The translations under genes and the position numbers were made by a program. Positions 27,833-37,101 of a stretch of 64,000 bases of DNA are shown here, in pieces. The stretch's first letter is position 1. Each line of letters starts with the position of its first letter. The stretch comes from Collinsella sp. Lineage in GTDB: Bacteria; Actinomycetota; Coriobacteriia; Coriobacteriales; Coriobacteriaceae. The stretch is taken from NCBI GenBank assembly GCA_018365375.1, contig JAGZKE010000007.1:10755-74754 (forward strand), in the 5' to 3' direction. The notes under the pieces were generated by a model. That model worked only from the letters and a program-made list of their open reading frames with translations, was not told the DNA's origin and did no database searches.

Positions 27833-28687
27833 CTAGTTGGCGGGGCGGAAGAAGGCTACTGCTACGGCGCCGGGACCCACATGGGTGCCGATGGTGGCGC
27901 CGATGACATGGACGGGCAGCTCGCCCTCCACGTGACCTGCCCACAGAGCCGAACTGTCCTCGATGTATTTCTTGAGCACGGCGTCCGAAAGACCCGTGTA
28001 GCCAAGTGCCAGCGGCATGGAAAAGTCGACGCCGCCCGCCTGCTCGACCTTCTGGTTGAGCAGGTTGCGACCGTTCTTGGAACCGCGCGCCTTGCCCAGC
28101 TGCACGATCAGGCCATCCTCGGCAGCCACAACCGGCTTCACATTGAGCAGCGTACCCACAGCGCCCGCCGCAGCAGACAGGCGGCCGCCGCGCACTAAGT
28201 ACTCCAGCGTCTCTACCAGACCAATAACCACGACACGGTCACGGACGGCCTCGACAGCTGCCGCAATCTGCGCGGCGCTGCAGCCCTCGTCCACCAGGTG
28301 CAGCGCATACTCGACCAGCACGCGCTCGCCCAGCGTCACGTTGTTACTGTCCACGACGAACACGTCGCCTCCCGGCATCTCGGCAAGAGCCGTACGAGCA
28401 CTCTGATTGGTGCCCGAAAGCTTGGCGCCCACAGTAATAATCACAGCCTCATCGCCGGCCTCACGCGCCTCGGCGATCGCCTGCAAAAAGGCATACGGGT
28501 TGACCTGACCGGTCTTGGGAAGTTCATCGCGTTCCACGAGCATCTCGTAAAAACGTTGGTGGTCAATGTCGACGCCATCCATATACACGTCGGTGCCAAA
28601 GCTGACGGACAGCGGCAGAACATGCAGAGCCGGGTGCTCCGCCGGCGACATATCGCTCGCGGAATCGGTAATAATACGGATAGACAT
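27833..28687 (-). CDS. DegV/FakB family fatty-acid-binding protein
   Basis: 'IITDSASD', 'LSGT', 'TLEYLVRGGRLS', 'IGTHVGPG'. Confidence 0.93.
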   Translation of the reverse strand: MSIRIITDSASDMSPAEHPALHVLPLSVSFGTDVYMDGVDIDHQRFYEMLVERDELPKTGQVNPYAFLQAIAEAREAGDEAVIITVGAKLSGTNQSARTALAEMPGGDVFVVDSNNVTLGERVLVEYALHLVDEGCSAAQIAAAVEAVRDRVVVIGLVETLEYLVRGGRLSAAAGAVGTLLNVKPVVAAEDGLIVQLGKARGSKNGRNLLNQKVEQAGGVDFSMPLALGYTGLSDAVLKKYIEDSSALWAGHVEGELPVHVIGATIGTHVGPGAVAVAFFRPAN

Positions 28688-28806
28688 AGCGAATCCTTTC
28701 TTGCGCGGACCCCGCGCAGGGAATTTTGACAACAATGTCCCGGCACGGCATGCGCGCTCAAACGGGACGATGCAGTTGTTGGTTGAAAGCTAGCGCCAGC
28801 GCAGCT

Positions 28807-29256
28807 CTACAGCTCGCGCAGGGTGTTGAGAATCGTGCGCAGCGATGCGTACATCTGCTCGCGCTGCTCCACGCCCATGGTCTTTCCGGTGGTATCGAGC
28901 ACTTCGCGAATGATGCGATCGGCTTCATTCATGCTCTCGCCGCCCAGCGTGGTCAGGCGAACCGGGGCACGGTACTTGACGGCAGCATCGCCCGAGTCGT
29001 CGACCTCGACGTAGCCGCCCTCCTCCAGGTGAGCCAGCGTACGCGAAACGGCAGCGCGGGTCACGCCGGCCATGCGGGCGAGGTCGGCACCGGTCAGGCC
29101 GTCCTTGCTGCGCTCCAGATAGTACAGGCACATGACGTCGGAGCCCTTGAGGCCCAGCCTTGCGCCCTCGGACGTCTTGATGCGCTGGATCTCCTTGTAG
29201 AGGCCGCTAATCAGTCCGACAAAGTCCTCAAAACGTGTCTCGTCGTTCTGCTGCAT
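28807..29256 (-). CDS. MarR family transcriptional regulator
   Basis: wHTH 'LTGADLARMAGVTRAAVSRTLAHLEEGGYV', 'LTTLG'. Confidence 0.9.
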   Translation of the reverse strand: MQQNDETRFEDFVGLISGLYKEIQRIKTSEGARLGLKGSDVMCLYYLERSKDGLTGADLARMAGVTRAAVSRTLAHLEEGGYVEVDDSGDAAVKYRAPVRLTTLGGESMNEADRIIREVLDTTGKTMGVEQREQMYASLRTILNTLREL

Positions 29257-29362
29257 GTGAGACGACCGCCTTTCGCTTGCATGATGCTAACGGGTAAACA
29301 TCTTAGCCGTACCGAGGAGTCCTCCACACCCAGATATCCCATTTGTTAACCCATCAACATAA

Positions 29363-29402
29363 AAACCACCACAAAGGCGCCTGTCCCCCTTTGTGGTGGT
29401 TT
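29363..29402 (-). repeat. GGGAC-loop palindrome, family B
   Basis: aaaccaccacaaaggcgcctgtccccctttgtggtggttt. Confidence 0.9.
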
Positions 29403-29428
29403 ACGAGGAACGCGGGCCGCAGGAATTC

Positions 29429-30148
29429 CTACAGCTCCACGCACGGATTCTCGTGCGTCACCAGCGTCTTGACGACAACTGTGGCGCCAAGATAACGCTC
29501 AAGCAACTCAGCAAGGCGATCGATTGCGGCCTGGCAATCCCCCATCCGCTCGGGCTCCACGCACTCAATCGCCAGGAAAGCGTCCGCCGAATCGTCGGAC
29601 AGCGCCGTGCGAACGCCGTCGCGCCAGTTCCAGCAACGGCACACAGCACCCGCGTCATCGATATAGGCAAGCTCACCGGGCAGCGTCGGATCGTCCGTCT
29701 CCTCACCAAGCGGCAGGAACGCGTCGCCGCCGTCGGTCACCGTCAGGCGCAAATTACCCTCAATAGCATGCAGATCCTCACCGCCCACGGGCAGCGCGTA
29801 GGTCAGCGAAACCGTATTGTAGATGTCCACCGCCGGCGTGATGTGGCCGACCGGCTTGCCTTTGAGCACGCGCTTGAGCAGGTTCTCGATGGAGCACCGC
29901 GCACCCTTCTTGGTCTTAAACTGACGATACGCCTCACGCCACGCCTTGACCGGCGCGTTCTCGCTGATGGTGTCGCTCGTCAGGTGACGCTCCGCATCAA
30001 TGTTGGCGCGGTCGAGCAACGCGGCGATCGCATCCACGTCTTCCTGGGGAATCTGTGCCGCGGGCTTCATGCCCTTTACGACCACAACTCCGATAGCCGC
30101 CTGCGGGAACAACTCCCAAAACGAATCCTCGGCAACAAAACTCTTCAT
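29429..30148 (-). CDS. Stand-alone B3/B4 domain protein (tRNA editing-like)
   Basis: 'AWREAYRQF', 'SIENLLKRV', 'VDIYNTVSL..ALPVGGEDL', 'CRCWNWRD'. Confidence 0.9.
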   Translation of the reverse strand: MKSFVAEDSFWELFPQAAIGVVVVKGMKPAAQIPQEDVDAIAALLDRANIDAERHLTSDTISENAPVKAWREAYRQFKTKKGARCSIENLLKRVLKGKPVGHITPAVDIYNTVSLTYALPVGGEDLHAIEGNLRLTVTDGGDAFLPLGEETDDPTLPGELAYIDDAGAVCRCWNWRDGVRTALSDDSADAFLAIECVEPERMGDCQAAIDRLAELLERYLGATVVVKTLVTHENPCVEL

Positions 30149-30190
30149 GTGCTCTCCCTTCATAGCGTGCACCCGAATGCGGGCGCCTAA

Positions 30191-30286
30191 ACAAAAAGCG
30201 CCCTTACGACGGCCACCTTCAAAGTCCTACGGTGCCGCCACAAGAGCGCTTACGCTGCCCCCATCCGGAGAAGGGGGCGATATGTC
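30191..30286 (-). promoter_or_regulatory. Guanidine-IV-like riboswitch (probable)
   Basis: After -10 TACAAT (30293-30298): hairpin GCCCCC-TTCTCCGGAT-GGGGGC, then long stem AGCGCTCTT...ACCG...AAGGGCGCT-TTTTT; lies upstream of a B3/B4 gene. Confidence 0.65.
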
Positions 30287-30320
30287 AGGCGTATTGTAAC
30301 CCGAGTTATCCGCTCGAGCA

Positions 30321-30358
30321 AAACCACCACAAAGGTGCCTGTCCCCTTTGTGGTGGTT
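30321..30358 (-). repeat. GGGAC-loop palindrome, family B, overlapping the pckA stop
   Basis: aaaccaccacaaaggtgcctgtcccctttgtggtggtt. Confidence 0.9.
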
Positions 30359-32027
30359 ACAGGCGGAGTCCCAGCAGGCCGCGGCCGCGGTGACGAGCCT
30401 CGGCGGGCACCTGGGCGTGCGGGCCGGCGGCCTTTACGGAATCGGGCAGGTGCGAGTACTTCTTCTCAAAGTTCTCCTCGAACATCACAGCCAGGTTGTG
30501 CGCGGCCTCGTCGTAGCGCGCGGTGCTTTGCCAGTACTGACGCGGCACCAGGATGCCGTCGGGCACGCCGTGGCACGTGGTGGGAATGTCGACGTTAAAG
30601 ATGTCGTCGTGCACGAACTCGCTGTCCTCGATGGTGCCGTCGAGGGCGCGCGCGACCAGGGAGCGCGTGTAGGCAAGCTCAATGCGATGCCCCACGCCGT
30701 AGCCGCCGCCGATCCAGCCGGTGTTGACCAGGTAGACGCGCGTGCGGCCGTCGGCGATGCGCTCGCCGAGCATTTTGGCGTAGACCATGGGGTCGAGCGG
30801 CATAAACGGCTCGCCGAACAGCGAGGAGAACGTGGGCGTGGGCTCGGTGACGCCGACCTCGGTGCCGGGAATCTTGGCCGTAAAGCCCGTCACAAAGTGG
30901 TACATGGCGGCGTCGGCCGTCAGGCGCGAGATGGGCGGCAGCACACCAAAGGCGTCGCAGGTCAGGAAGAGCACGACGCTCGGGGTGGTGCCCATGCCCT
31001 TGGTCCACGCGTTAGGAATGTGCTCCACGGGGTAGGCCACGCGCGTGTTATGCGTGATCGAGACGTCGTCGTAGTTGGGCTTACGGTTCTCGTCGAGCAC
31101 CACGTTTTCGCAGATAGCGCCAAAGCGGACGGCGTTGAAGATTTCGGGCTCGTGGAACACGTCCAGGCCCTCGCATTTGGCGTAGCAGCCACCCTCGATG
31201 TTGAAGATGCCCATGTCGGACCAACCGTGCTCGTCGTCGCCGATCAGTAGGCGCGTGGGGTTGGCCGAAAGCGTGGTCTTGCCGGTGCCGGACAGGCCAA
31301 AGAACACGGCGGTCTCGTGCGTGACGGGATCCATGCTGGCCGAGCAGTGCATGGGCAGTACGTCGTCCTCGACGGGCAGCAGGTAGTTCATGACGCTGAA
31401 GATCGACTTTTTAATCTCGCCGGAGTAGCCGGTGCCGGCGACCAGAATCACGCGCTCCTGGAAGTTAATGACCACGGCGGCGCTGGAGTTGAGGCCCTTG
31501 ACGGCGGGATCGCACTGGTAGCCCGGCGCGGCGAGCACGCAAAAGTCCGGCTCGCCAGTGCGCGCGATTTCGCGGGCGAGCGGGCGGGCGAGCATCTGCT
31601 TAATGAAGAGTGCCTGGCTGGCACGCTCGCAGGCGACGAGTAGTCGGCGCGTGTGGTTGCGGTCGGCGCCGGCCATGCCGCGGGTGACGAACACATCGCG
31701 CTCGTTGAGATAGTCGACGATGCCGGCCTTGATGGCCTCGTAGCTCTCAATCGAAAGCGGGCGGTTGACGGCGCCCCAGGCGATCTTGTCGTGCACGTCG
31801 GGCGTGTCGGCGATAAAGCGGTCGTTGGGCGAACGTCCGGTACGCTCCCCCGTCTCGATCACCAGTGCGCCGTTGGAGGCCATGCGGCCTTCGTTACGGC
31901 GGATGGCATGCTCGACGAGCTCGGCTGCCGGCAGGTCAACCAACAGGCGGGGCTGGTTCTCGGCGGGGTCTTCGACCAGCGTAATACCAAAATTGGACAG
32001 AACTTCTGCAGGGGTAACACCAGGCAT
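30357..32027 (-). CDS. pckA: Phosphoenolpyruvate carboxykinase (ATP)
   Basis: 'TGRSPNDRF', 'YSGEIKK', 'FFGLSGTGKTTLS', 'LIGDDEHGW', 'EGGCYAK'. Confidence 0.97.
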   Translation of the reverse strand: MPGVTPAEVLSNFGITLVEDPAENQPRLLVDLPAAELVEHAIRRNEGRMASNGALVIETGERTGRSPNDRFIADTPDVHDKIAWGAVNRPLSIESYEAIKAGIVDYLNERDVFVTRGMAGADRNHTRRLLVACERASQALFIKQMLARPLAREIARTGEPDFCVLAAPGYQCDPAVKGLNSSAAVVINFQERVILVAGTGYSGEIKKSIFSVMNYLLPVEDDVLPMHCSASMDPVTHETAVFFGLSGTGKTTLSANPTRLLIGDDEHGWSDMGIFNIEGGCYAKCEGLDVFHEPEIFNAVRFGAICENVVLDENRKPNYDDVSITHNTRVAYPVEHIPNAWTKGMGTTPSVVLFLTCDAFGVLPPISRLTADAAMYHFVTGFTAKIPGTEVGVTEPTPTFSSLFGEPFMPLDPMVYAKMLGERIADGRTRVYLVNTGWIGGGYGVGHRIELAYTRSLVARALDGTIEDSEFVHDDIFNVDIPTTCHGVPDGILVPRQYWQSTARYDEAAHNLAVMFEENFEKKYSHLPDSVKAAGPHAQVPAEARHRGRGLLGLRL

Positions 32028-32166
32028 GGGGCCTCCTTTAAAAACGCGACACGTAGACGCGGCGCGCACTTTACTCACGTAAAGCCCGTTGTACCCGATA
32101 TGCAAAAACGTTTTTGCGGCAACGACGAAGCGCCCGCCCAACGGTCAAAAATCGCACGCAAGCGGC

Positions 32167-32279
32167 CTAGTCATTGGGGACGTTCTTAAATGACTAGTCG
32201 TTGGGGACACCCTTGAACAGGCAACAGCCAAGGAGTGTCCCCAGATGCCGGCACTTGGGGACGTTCCCAAAGTGCCGGC
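32167..32279. repeat. Cluster of four GGGAC motifs, family D
   Basis: ctagtcattggggacgttcttaaatgactag / ggggacaccc / ggagtgtcccc / gccggcacttggggacgttcccaaagtgccggc. Confidence 0.85.
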
Positions 32280-33850
32280 TACAGCGGCAGGCCTTGGCCG
32301 AGCATGGCAATGGCGCTCATGAGGACCAGCATGCCGGCGGCGTAGGGCAGCACCGCGCCCAGAAGCTCGGCGTCCTTACCGCGCACGTGCACGGCGGCAA
32401 GGCCAATGGCGAGGGTCTGCGGCGAAATCATCTTACCGGCGGCGACACCCAGGGCGTTCAGCGCGACCATCCAGTAGTCACTCACACCCAGCGCCGAAGC
32501 GGCCTGGCTCTGAATGGGACCAAACAGCATGCCCGAGGACGTGCCCGAACCGGTCACGAACGCACCGACGGCACCGATCCACGGAGCCAGAATCGGGTAC
32601 AGCCCACCGGCGACGGCAATGCAAAACGCACTGATTGACGAGATCATGCCCGCATAGCCCATCACCTTGGCGCAGCCCAGCACCGAAAGCATCGTGATTA
32701 CCGTCGGCATCATCTGCTTGACGGTCGCGGCCAGCACCTCGCCCATCAGACGTGGCGAAGCGCCCTGAATCGCACCGCCGATAAACGCGGCCAGGAAGAT
32801 CCAAACACCCGGTGTGTTGATCCACGAAAACGTAAGCGTACCGGGGTTCTCGCCGCAATACACCTGCACGTGGCTCGCAAACGGCGCGAGCGCGGCGTGC
32901 ACGACGGGAACCAGGTTGGAGGTACCCAGCAGCAGCACAAAAATCAGGATGAAGCACGACCAGGCAGAAAGCGCCGACTTAACGGTGAGCTGTTCGCCGG
33001 CCTCGATATTCATATGGAAGCGCGCGTCCAGGTGACCGGACTTCTCGGCGCGCATGGCAAGCGCGGCGGTCAGTGCGAGCGACACGATGGAGCCCACGAC
33101 TACGGCCAGCTCGGGACCCACAAACATGGCAACGACCAGGGCCGCGACAACAAACGATACGCCGGAGAGCAACGCCACGCCGGCGACGCCGTGCAGGCGC
33201 TCGGCAACGCTTGCAACATTGCCCTGGTCATCGGCGACACGGCCCGCAACCAGCACAATAAGCAGCGGCATCGCCACAAAGAAGGGCGCGAGCTGCACCA
33301 GCTGAACGGTCGCCAGGTGCAGGGAATTCAGACCCACCAGGTCGGCAACGGACACCGTGGGGATGCCAATGGAGCCGTAGGGCGTGGGCACGCCGTTGGC
33401 CAGCAGGCAAATGAGCACGGCAGGCACGGCCTCAAAACCAAGGCCCGCGAGCATGCCGGCGGGAATGGCAACGGCGGTACCAAAGCCGGCCATGCCCTCC
33501 ATAAAACCGCCGAAACACCAGGCCACGAGCAGCGCCAGCAGACGACGATCGCTGCTGATGGAGGTGATCATACTGCCGATCACGTCCATGGCACCCGTGC
33601 GCACGCACAGGTTATACGTGAACACCGCGGCGATAATTACGAGCACGATGGGCCACAGGGCCATCAAAAAGCCCTCGAGCGAGGCCGTGGCTATCTGCGC
33701 CGCCGGCAAATGCCACCACGCAAAGGTGAGCACGCACGAAAGGGCGAACGAACCAATAGCGGCCTTCCAAGCTGGCCATTTAAAGCACAGCAGCATCACG
33801 ACGAGCCAGATGATCGGCACAAGAGCCAGCAAAAACGCAGCGACATCCAT
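32279..33850 (-). CDS. lctP: L-lactate permease
   Basis: 'FGGFMEGMAGFGTAVAI', 'GAFVTGSGTSS..LFG', 'GKMISPQ'; many TM helices. Confidence 0.9.
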   Translation of the reverse strand: MDVAAFLLALVPIIWLVVMLLCFKWPAWKAAIGSFALSCVLTFAWWHLPAAQIATASLEGFLMALWPIVLVIIAAVFTYNLCVRTGAMDVIGSMITSISSDRRLLALLVAWCFGGFMEGMAGFGTAVAIPAGMLAGLGFEAVPAVLICLLANGVPTPYGSIGIPTVSVADLVGLNSLHLATVQLVQLAPFFVAMPLLIVLVAGRVADDQGNVASVAERLHGVAGVALLSGVSFVVAALVVAMFVGPELAVVVGSIVSLALTAALAMRAEKSGHLDARFHMNIEAGEQLTVKSALSAWSCFILIFVLLLGTSNLVPVVHAALAPFASHVQVYCGENPGTLTFSWINTPGVWIFLAAFIGGAIQGASPRLMGEVLAATVKQMMPTVITMLSVLGCAKVMGYAGMISSISAFCIAVAGGLYPILAPWIGAVGAFVTGSGTSSGMLFGPIQSQAASALGVSDYWMVALNALGVAAGKMISPQTLAIGLAAVHVRGKDAELLGAVLPYAAGMLVLMSAIAMLGQGLPL

Positions 33851-34029
33851 GGGTAGAAACTCCTTGGTACCGCGCAAGCGGCATCGGGGGGGTCACAAAA
33901 CTTCAACAGGATACCGCACGTTTACCGACAAATTACAGCCGCCCGCCGAAATTATTGAACAACCTGTTCAAAAACACGAATGGACGCCACCGCGACTATA
34001 CTAGAGCGCAGCAAGAGAAAGGAATCGCC

Positions 34030-35610
34030 TTGAGCATCACGCCCCTCGATAGCATCCGCCGCGCCATCGCCCGCCGCAATGGCGTCGCCAACCCCACCGT
34101 ATCGGGCAGCGTCACCGCAAAGGCCCAGGGCGGACGCATCGAGAACGGCCTGTTCCCCGCATCGCACACCGCCGAGGAGCTCGCACGCATCCAAGAGCTG
34201 AGCCAGCGTAACGCCGGCGGTCCCGACAGCAGCCAGACCACACGCCGTCGCCGCGAGCGCGATCGCCAACCCGGCCCCATCCACCGCATGGTCAATGCCT
34301 GGTGGAACCGCCTGCTCGGAGCCGTCTACGGCGGCGGCTTCTCCACGCAAGAAGCCGAGTACGAAGATCACGCCACCCGCCGCGACTATCTCTGGAATAC
34401 CCTGGGCACCGCCGTATGGGGCATGGCGTTTCCGCTGCTCACCATTGTGTCGACGCAGCTCGTAGGCGCCGAGGAGGCCGGCAAGTTCTCCATCGCCTTT
34501 GTCACCGGCACGCTCATCATGATCGCGTGCAACTACGGCGTGCGCAACTTTCAGGTCTCAGACATCGACGAAAAAACCTCCTTCGCCTCCTACCAGCTCA
34601 ACCGCTGGATTTGCGGAGCGCTCGCGCTGGCATGCGGCCTGGTATACAGCAGCGCCCGCGGCTACGATGCACAGATGGCCACGATCGGCCTGGGCGTCTA
34701 CCTGTATAAGGTGATCGACGGCATCGCCGACGTGTACGAGGGCCGCCTGCAGCAGGCCGACAAGCTCTATTTGGCCGGCATGAGCCAAACGCTGCGTTCC
34801 GCCGGCGTCATCGTGGTCTTTAGCGTGGCACTGTTCCTCACACGCAGCATGCCCATCGCGGCCATGGCCATGGGTGTCACCGCCATCGCCTCGCTCGTGC
34901 TGGTCACCGCCCCGCTCGCCCTGCTCGAAACCGAAAAATCACGCCGCATGAGTCTGCGCGAGGCTGGCCACCTGTTTATCCAGTGCGCCCCGCTCTTTGG
35001 CGCGCTGTTCCTGTTCAACCTTATCGAGAGCATGCCCAAGTTTGTGATGGAAGGTACGCTGGCCTACAAGTATCAGCTGTACTTTAATGCCCCGTTCTTT
35101 CCGGCGCAGGGAATTTTGTTGAGCATTGGATTTATCTATAAACCGCAGCTCCTGCGTCTGTCGAGCATTTGGGCGAATCCGCGTAAGCGTCGCCGCTTTG
35201 ACCTGATTATTATTGCCGTTATGGCACTGATCGTGGTCATTACCGGAGCGTGCGCCGCATTTATGGCAGGCCCCGGCATCCCCATCATGAGCTTTATGTA
35301 CGGCCTTAACTTTGAGCGCTACCGCACGCTGGCGCTGCTGATGGTTGTTGCCGGCGGCGTCACCGCGGCAATCGACTTTATCTACGCCATCATCACGGTG
35401 TTGCGCCACGCCGGCGACGTCACCAAGATCTACCTGATCTGCTTCGCCGTAAGCGTGGTGCTGCCGGTGATCCTGATTAAGCTGCTGGGTCTGATGGGCG
35501 CTGTGGTGAGCTACCTAGCCATCATGGCCCTACTCCTGGTGCTGCTGATTATCGAGTACACCCACATCCGCCAGCGCATCGAACGCGACCGCAACCCATA
35601 CGGCGCCTAA
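34030..35610 (+). CDS. Polysaccharide biosynthesis/flippase-like (MOP superfamily) membrane protein
   Basis: About 12 TM segments, 'GAEEAGKFSIA', 'YGVRNFQVSD'; TTG start inferred from SD GAAAGGA. Confidence 0.75.
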   Translation: MSITPLDSIRRAIARRNGVANPTVSGSVTAKAQGGRIENGLFPASHTAEELARIQELSQRNAGGPDSSQTTRRRRERDRQPGPIHRMVNAWWNRLLGAVYGGGFSTQEAEYEDHATRRDYLWNTLGTAVWGMAFPLLTIVSTQLVGAEEAGKFSIAFVTGTLIMIACNYGVRNFQVSDIDEKTSFASYQLNRWICGALALACGLVYSSARGYDAQMATIGLGVYLYKVIDGIADVYEGRLQQADKLYLAGMSQTLRSAGVIVVFSVALFLTRSMPIAAMAMGVTAIASLVLVTAPLALLETEKSRRMSLREAGHLFIQCAPLFGALFLFNLIESMPKFVMEGTLAYKYQLYFNAPFFPAQGILLSIGFIYKPQLLRLSSIWANPRKRRRFDLIIIAVMALIVVITGACAAFMAGPGIPIMSFMYGLNFERYRTLALLMVVAGGVTAAIDFIYAIITVLRHAGDVTKIYLICFAVSVVLPVILIKLLGLMGAVVSYLAIMALLLVLLIIEYTHIRQRIERDRNPYGA

Positions 35611-35690
35611 TTAGCTGCCCCCGGTCGCCGGAATTTGCGATGGAATCGCCCCGGCTGGGGTCTCGTTGCGGGCAATATGCATCACGCAAA

Positions 35691-35815
35691 ACTAAGTGAG
35701 TAGACTTTTACCGAACCCCCAACCACACCGACAAACCGTAAGTCTGTGACCTGCGGTTTTATTGAGGCAAATATGTTGGGTGCTCGGCATTTCCAAAAAA
35801 GTCTACTCACTTAGT
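35691..35815. repeat. Long inverted-repeat element with internal ACCTGCGGTTTT
   Basis: Perfect 19-bp arms actaagtgagtagactttt / aaaagtctactcacttagt; centre aaaccgtaagtc-tgt-gacctgcggttt. Confidence 0.88.
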
Positions 35816-35826
35816 CAGCGGGCAGC

Positions 35827-35916
35827 CAAATGATTTTTAAATCCCCGTCCCAGAAAAATCATTTGATGGGCAGAAGGGCAAAAGTAGCCAAAAAAGCCCC
35901 GTCCCAAATTAGCTAC
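35827..35916 (-). repeat. GGGAC-loop palindromes, family C (two units)
   Basis: caaatgatttttaaatccccgtcccagaaaaatcatttg and gtagccaaaaaagccccgtcccaaattagctac. Confidence 0.85.
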
Positions 35917-35936
35917 GGTAGAACGGCGGAACAAGG

Positions 35937-36776
35937 TTATTCGCCCGGGTTGATGTTCGCGTAGAACTCGGCCCCGTCGTCCAGACGCAGAATGCCTACG
36001 CGGCCGAACTCCGACCCGGTGGCGGCGGCGCAGTCGATGTCGATGCGGTCGGGCTCGCCGGCGGTATCCTCGCCGCCCAGGCGCACGATCTGCCCGCGCC
36101 CCGACTCCTCGTCGAGCCCCGCCAGACCGCCCACCTCGCAATAACGTCCAAGCGACACCGTGGGCGTGTGGCCGCTCACCACGACCGGACCCTTGCCGTC
36201 GGAAGAAAGCAGCCCCGTCGGCGCATCCCAGTAGCCGTGACGAATCCACAGCAGGTCATCGGACGACTGCACGGCAAGCATCTGCTTCAGCAGTTCGCGA
36301 TCGGCATCCACCGCCCCCGCACCATCGGCACAATCAACCCCATGTTCAAGCAAAAACGCCCGGGCCGCCTCGGTCTGGATGCCGGCATGTACCAGCAGGT
36401 ACGGACGCTCGTCAGTCTCGACCACCGCGTAGAGCGGCAGCGTCGCCATCCAACGCACGAGCTCCTCGTACGCCTCAAATTCCATATCGTTGAGCTGCTG
36501 ACGGGTAGTCCAACCGCCGTTGATATCCCAGGTCTCGGCATCGAGCGGATCCTGGCCAATGATGGCGTCGAGCATGATCTGCTCGTGATTGCCCTTGAGC
36601 ACGCGAGCGTTGGGCAGCGAGCGCACGAGCTTAATAACACCAACTGGATCGGGCCCGCGATCGATCATGTCACCCAGCACGTACAGCGTATCGTCGGACG
36701 CCAGCGAAATCTTGGAAAGGGCCTCGTCCAGCGCGCGCACGTGCCCGTGAGCATCAGATGTCACATAGATCGCCAT
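35937..36776 (-). CDS. Metallophosphoesterase (PPP/PrpA-like Ser/Thr phosphatase family)
   Basis: 'SDAHG', 'LGDMIDRGP', 'KGNHE', 'VHAG', 'SGHTPT'. Confidence 0.92.
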   Translation of the reverse strand: MAIYVTSDAHGHVRALDEALSKISLASDDTLYVLGDMIDRGPDPVGVIKLVRSLPNARVLKGNHEQIMLDAIIGQDPLDAETWDINGGWTTRQQLNDMEFEAYEELVRWMATLPLYAVVETDERPYLLVHAGIQTEAARAFLLEHGVDCADGAGAVDADRELLKQMLAVQSSDDLLWIRHGYWDAPTGLLSSDGKGPVVVSGHTPTVSLGRYCEVGGLAGLDEESGRGQIVRLGGEDTAGEPDRIDIDCAAATGSEFGRVGILRLDDGAEFYANINPGE

Positions 36777-37101
36777 GGAACGCCTTTCCCTGCATTACGG
36801 CCGAAGCCCGGATCCGCAACTAAAACTTCAAGTTGAACTTAAACGTTACCCATTGTACTCCGTTGCAATAAAGCTGGAAAGGGTTGCATACCGTTAACGG
36901 TCGCCAGCGCACGCATGTCAACCCGCACCGCTCACACCACGCCGTCTGGCCCAGCGCCCCAACCAGCACCGCCCGCGCCTCCGCCTCGTGTCGAAAATGC
37001 GCACGCCCGCAATCCGCCCTCATAAACCCACCATCTTTGGGTACAAATAACCGCAGATAACTGACCGTGCCACGCCAACCACCCAGGAGCGGACACTACC
37101 C

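Noticed and set aside
30228..30240. T-box-like GGCGGCACCG in the B3/B4 leader
   Set aside because: Lacks the UGGN bulge and stem I; fits the guanidine-IV-like layout better
27382..30358. Four ~38-bp palindromic repeats of CRISPR-like length
   Set aside because: Separated by whole genes (0.4-1.6 kb), mixed orientation, no cas genes; treated as REP-like
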